A DNA stretch of 48,036 bases from a bacterium (lineage in GTDB: Bacteria > Patescibacteriota > Minisyncoccia > Phycocordibacterales > CAIZLB01): contig JBAXRA010000001.1 of the NCBI GenBank assembly GCA_037131455.1, positions 1 to 48,036 on the forward strand, given 5' to 3'. The stretch's first letter is position 1; each line of letters begins with the position of its first letter. The notes beneath the pieces were generated by a model, which saw only the letters and a list, made by a program, of their open reading frames with translations, did not search any database and was not told the DNA's origin. Made by a program: the position numbers and the translations under genes. Shown here one piece after another: positions 44,634-48,036 of the stretch.

Positions 44634-44640
44634 AAGTTAT

Positions 44641-44668
44641 GACGTATCAGGACTCTAAAGTGTTACAA
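44641..44668 (-). promoter_or_regulatory. putative ECF-type autoregulated promoter (GTAAC-N17-CGTC), possibly giving a leaderless mRNA
   Basis: On the minus strand, GTAAC is at 44666-44662 and CGTC at 44644-44641. The CGTC ends only 7 nt before the ATG at 44633. Confidence 0.3.
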
Positions 44669-44776
44669 ACTATTGTTTATAAGCCTTATTTTCTGTACGG
44701 CAGTGAGAGTAAATATAGCACAAACACATCTTTTTTGATAGGCATTTGCTGTCCACAACTTCATAAAACCCTTGTT

Positions 44777-45541
44777 TTAAGCCATATTTTCATCTGTGTA
44801 ATCCCCTATTCTTGTTCTTTTAATTGAAAACGCCAAAGCTCCCAAATTGACCCTACTTCCGAGCGAATCAGCCAGTGATCTCATGTAAACCCCGGATTCA
44901 CATTGAACCAAAAGCTTAAAAAGTGGAAACGCTGTCCCCTCCGGCGCTGTTTTTATAATCTCATCCCATACATTCAAAATCTCCTTTTGTCTAAAATCGC
45001 CATTTACAAGACCTATCATTTTATGGACGTGCTCTTTAAGGTCTTGGGGGTTTATGCTGGTTACCTCAATCATTTTAAGCCCTTTAATCTGTCCTTTAAT
45101 GTCAGGGAGGTTGTTTGGAGCTCCGTCTGTAGATTTTGCCAATTCAAAAAGAGGCACTCCATTGATTGTTTTTGAGGAAAAGGGCGGGTACTTTAAACCA
45201 TGACTTCCTCCGATATACTCAGGAAGTATTTTTTCGATTAAAAGCTTCAAATCATCATTGACACGATCTGTCATTTTTGGAATTCCTAGAAGATCATACG
45301 AATCCGTAGAAAAACCAAATAGAACTTGGACCTCGTATTCTTTTTCTAATCCTAGAAATGACCGGCGTCTATCCTCATTGCATTCATTACCAACCAGAAC
45401 CAACAAGAGACCCTCTGCCATAGGGTCAAGTCTTCCCGCGTAGCTTAGTCGTTCACTTTTAAGGATAGGATTTTCGAGTCTCAATCGATTAAGTGCCTCG
45501 AGTGGTGTTTCCCCCACTTTTTTATAAAACAAAATTGGCAT
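44777..45541 (-). CDS. truB: tRNA pseudouridine synthase, TruB-like
   Basis: YAGRLDPMAEGLLLVLVG carries the catalytic Asp motif, and KEYEVQVLFGFSTDSYDLLG follows the TruB pattern K-Y...G..TDT-D..G. Confidence 0.7.
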   Translation of the reverse strand: MPILFYKKVGETPLEALNRLRLENPILKSERLSYAGRLDPMAEGLLLVLVGNECNEDRRRSFLGLEKEYEVQVLFGFSTDSYDLLGIPKMTDRVNDDLKLLIEKILPEYIGGSHGLKYPPFSSKTINGVPLFELAKSTDGAPNNLPDIKGQIKGLKMIEVTSINPQDLKEHVHKMIGLVNGDFRQKEILNVWDEIIKTAPEGTAFPLFKLLVQCESGVYMRSLADSLGSRVNLGALAFSIKRTRIGDYTDENMA

Positions 45542-45552
45542 CTTGCGCCCTG

Positions 45553-46047
45553 TTATTGCCAGATTCCGTTAACTTTGGTTACAGTGAATGTGGCTTTGTG
45601 TTCCCCATCAGCTGATTGTGTGACTGAGGCGGTTGTACTTGAGATGTTCCAAGCAGAATCTGGGAGACTTGCAAGTGCAAGAGAGATAGATTCACTCATG
45701 TTAAAATCCATATATAACTGGGCAGATTGCAGGACTTGTGCGTCGGTTAGCTTACTAACAGCATCTTTCTCAACTTTTGTTGAATATAAGCTTTGTGAAA
45801 ATTCACGGATCTTTTTCACATTTTTTGAAGCCATGATTGTAGTCATTTTTAGAACCATAGCATCAATTATTGCCTGTCTTTCAGGTGTTACTACAGGTCG
45901 AGTAGATGTTGCTGGTTGAAATTCTGTAGTATTTTGGCTCTCTACGACTGTAGCAAGCGCGACTTTGTTATAACTATTGTAAATAAAATAAGCGACAACA
46001 CATGCAAGAATGATAAGTACCAATGTTAAAGTCTGTTTTTTAGTCAT
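45553..46047 (-). CDS. hypothetical membrane-anchored/secreted protein
   Basis: 164-aa ORF with an N-terminal TM/signal segment LTLVLIILACVVAYFIY. Confidence 0.5.
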   Translation of the reverse strand: MTKKQTLTLVLIILACVVAYFIYNSYNKVALATVVESQNTTEFQPATSTRPVVTPERQAIIDAMVLKMTTIMASKNVKKIREFSQSLYSTKVEKDAVSKLTDAQVLQSAQLYMDFNMSESISLALASLPDSAWNISSTTASVTQSADGEHKATFTVTKVNGIWQ

Positions 46048-46090
46048 AGTTTTTTAATTATATAGTAATTTGTTTGATTATAAGTTATCT

Positions 46091-47389
46091 CTAAAGAAAA
46101 GTATACAGTAATCCGATTACTGAAGAGAGCATGATGATAAATGTTAACCAGATAAAAAATCTAGACATCACACTACCTGAATGTTCCCCTAGGATGCTTT
46201 TATTTGAATTTATTTTAGCAATCAAAAATATCAGAGGAACCGCTGCTGTGCCGTTGAACACTGCGGCGTAAACAAGGGCCTTAATTGGATCAATCCCGAT
46301 AAAATTAAATAACAGCCCAAGTAACGTTGATAAAATAATCACAGTGTAAAAAGACTTTGCATGACCAAACTTTTTAGACAGCCCTTCTTTCCATCCAAAA
46401 GCCTCTGCTAATGCATAACCTGATGAACCAGCAAGAACTGGTATCGCAAGCATTCCTAAGCCCACAATACCGATTGCAAAAATAACTTTGGCTAGTCCGC
46501 CCGGAGCTCCTAACGAAGTCATGAGAGGCTCTAAGGCCTTTGCTGCGTCAGATGCTGTGGCAATATTGTGAATTCCACCGCGAAACAATACGCTCGCTGT
46601 CACGATAATAATAAACCACTGGGCGACTTGGGAGGCGATCATTCCCATCGTGTTATCAAGGCGCATATTGCTTAGGAAATGACGACTTACTATAGGCCTA
46701 TTATTTTCATCTTTTTTAATATGCTTATAGTTTTCCTCTTCTACTTGGGTAGAAGACCCCCAAAAAAACATGTATGGGGTAATAGTGGTTCCAAACACTG
46801 CAGTTATGATGAAGAAGTATTCAAAACTAAAGTGAATTTCTGGAAAAATTGTGGCTCTGAATATTTCTCCCCATGGTGCACTGATCATTATCGCTGTTAC
46901 AGGATATGCAAGTAGCGCAAGTGCAAGCCACTTTAAAATATTTACATATTTTTTATAGCTGATGTGAACCTCAAGAAGGACAATAATAAGTGATACCAAT
47001 ATTGCAATGAAAGCAAACGGAACATTAATGATCAACTGAATAGCTGAAGCAACTGCGCCAATATCAGCCCCGATATTTATCATATTAGCAACAACAACCA
47101 GTGAAACTACACCCATCAAAACCTTTTTTGTGTAATTATCTTTTATTACCCCAGAAAGTCCCTTCCCCGTTACTGCGCCGATTCTGGCACAGGCTTCTTG
47201 TACTGCAATTAAAAGTGGCAACTGATACAGTGCCGACCACAGCTGTGCAAAACCAAACTGCGCACCGGATTGAGAATATGTGGTAATTCCTGATGGATCA
47301 TCATCCGCTGCACCCGTAACAAGCCCTGGGCCTAGTTTTTTGAAGAAGCGTTTTATGCGAGAATTTTGATGTGGACTTTCAACAGACAT
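46091..47389 (-). CDS. NRAMP family divalent metal cation transporter
   Basis: LGPGLVTGAADDDPSGITTYSQSGAQFGF is an NRAMP-type first-TM signature. About 11 TM segments. Confidence 0.85.
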   Translation of the reverse strand: MSVESPHQNSRIKRFFKKLGPGLVTGAADDDPSGITTYSQSGAQFGFAQLWSALYQLPLLIAVQEACARIGAVTGKGLSGVIKDNYTKKVLMGVVSLVVVANMINIGADIGAVASAIQLIINVPFAFIAILVSLIIVLLEVHISYKKYVNILKWLALALLAYPVTAIMISAPWGEIFRATIFPEIHFSFEYFFIITAVFGTTITPYMFFWGSSTQVEEENYKHIKKDENNRPIVSRHFLSNMRLDNTMGMIASQVAQWFIIIVTASVLFRGGIHNIATASDAAKALEPLMTSLGAPGGLAKVIFAIGIVGLGMLAIPVLAGSSGYALAEAFGWKEGLSKKFGHAKSFYTVIILSTLLGLLFNFIGIDPIKALVYAAVFNGTAAVPLIFLIAKINSNKSILGEHSGSVMSRFFIWLTFIIMLSSVIGLLYTFL

Positions 47390-47395
47390 TTTATT

Positions 47396-48036
47396 TTATC
47401 TCTCCGTTCTCGAAGGGTTAAGCGAACAAGTAGCATTTTTAGATACAGTTTCAGTTCCCTTAGTACAAGTAGCAGTAAACCGGGTTGTTTCAGTTATTGG
47501 ACTGGTAGTGTACACATCAGAGATATATCCATTTGCATCAGCAGTAATTGGACTTAATCCTGTGATTGTACAAGTACCTGCCCCTTCTGCTGTTAACTGC
47601 AATTTACAAGGATTATTCTTGTTTACAGTATTGGGAGTAGCACGGAATGTGACAATTTGGGGAGAGCTAGGTGGTAGACAATCTGATCCGCTTGTTCCTG
47701 CTGGGCATTGGCAGAAGCCATTAGTTCCTACTACTTGTGGTGAAGTACATGCGCATGATGCACCTGAGCCACCGTTTGGACAGATACATTGTGTTCCGTT
47801 GCTGTTTGGTCTTTGAGGAAGAGTACAAGTTAGAGGTGTGATACATGCAGTACCTGCTAAGTTCATGACTTGCGGAGCAGTACACGTAAGTGGTGTCACG
47901 CACGCTGTACCTGCACCATTTAGAACTTGTGGAGCGGTACATGTAAGTGGTGTCACACATGCAGTACCTGCACCATTTAGAACTTGTGGAGCGGTACACG
48001 TAAGTGGTGTCACACATGCAGTTCCTGCTGGGTTCA
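47396..48036 (-). CDS. Cys-rich tandem-repeat surface/secreted protein, C-terminal part only (start lies beyond the right edge)
   Basis: The frame stays open through 48036; the 'M' at 48013 is a GTG Val inside the repeat. It contains 19-aa repeats TPLTCTAPQV(L/M)N(G/L)AGTAC(V/I), then EGF-like Cys-rich segments and a beta-rich C-terminal domain. Confidence 0.7.
   Translation of the reverse strand, partial: NPAGTACVTPLTCTAPQVLNGAGTACVTPLTCTAPQVLNGAGTACVTPLTCTAPQVMNLAGTACITPLTCTLPQRPNSNGTQCICPNGGSGASCACTSPQVVGTNGFCQCPAGTSGSDCLPPSSPQIVTFRATPNTVNKNNPCKLQLTAEGAGTCTITGLSPITADANGYISDVYTTSPITETTRFTATCTKGTETVSKNATCSLNPSRTER
47823..48036. repeat. 57-nt tandem repeat, at least 3.75 copies, coding
   Basis: Copies at 47823-47879 (diverged), 47880-47936, 47937-47993 and 47994-48036 (truncated by the window edge). 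The two full central copies differ at 4 positions, all synonymous third-codon positions. Confidence 0.9.

Noticed and set aside
47823-48036. Regular 57-nt repeats as a possible CRISPR array
   Set aside because: The repeats are directly tandem with no spacers. They are in frame within a long ORF, and differences between copies are synonymous, so this is a coding repeat.
1-48036. Mobile elements, prophage or integrase; tRNA or rRNA genes
   Set aside because: No transposase-, integrase- or phage-like translation appears in any frame of the ORF track, and no long terminal inverted repeats are present. No T-loop/acceptor-type tRNA signature was seen in any intergenic region.

Overview
Low-GC, very compact bacterial chromosome segment, coded mostly on the minus strand. 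Hand counts of sampled 60-nt lines give about 30% GC in the background. The standard genetic code applies: dnaB ends in TGA.

Recognisable content:
- A ribosomal/RNAP cluster: infA-rpmJ-rpsM-rpsK-rpsD-rpoA-rplQ-rplM-rpsI. rpmJ is missing from the ORF track.
- rpmA, rplI and rplU.
- Three aminoacyl-tRNA synthetases: cysS, alaS, leuS.
- dnaB, recR, rmuC and a Pif1-like helicase.
- mnmA, mltG, ychF, a truB-like gene, pepF and an S41 protease.
- A small glycosylation cluster: epimerase, polyprenyl-P sugar transferase, GT4.
- zwf, an ECF sigma/anti-sigma pair, an orphan histidine kinase and an NRAMP transporter.

I recognised no rRNA, tRNA, CRISPR array, transposase or integrase. Shortened housekeeping proteins, near-absence of Shine-Dalgarno sequences, many small membrane ORFs and a Cys-rich repeat surface protein suggest a CPR/Patescibacteria-like organism. 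That assignment is inference only.

Most interesting signals:
1. Four short GC-rich islets (hand counts 50-62% GC) sit in intergenic positions between housekeeping genes. Each has small ORFs and its own terminator. Two of them, 14 kb apart, share a 3' architecture: TAG stop, a C7-9 run plus TCAC, a GC hairpin, then a T-run.
2. Two orphan units each consist of an extended -10 promoter and an intrinsic terminator. They would make roughly 90-115 nt RNAs with no annotated ORF.
3. An mnmA / ATP-cone-endonuclease / Cas4-like nuclease string is linked by TAATG stop/start overlaps.
4. A degenerate actin-like protein plus a bitopic membrane partner lie where secY-adk-map usually precede infA.
5. Unusual domain architectures: sigma region 4 with HARE-HTH-like modules, and a transglutaminase-like domain fused to a GT2.

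All family assignments come from reading motifs by eye. No database search was run.
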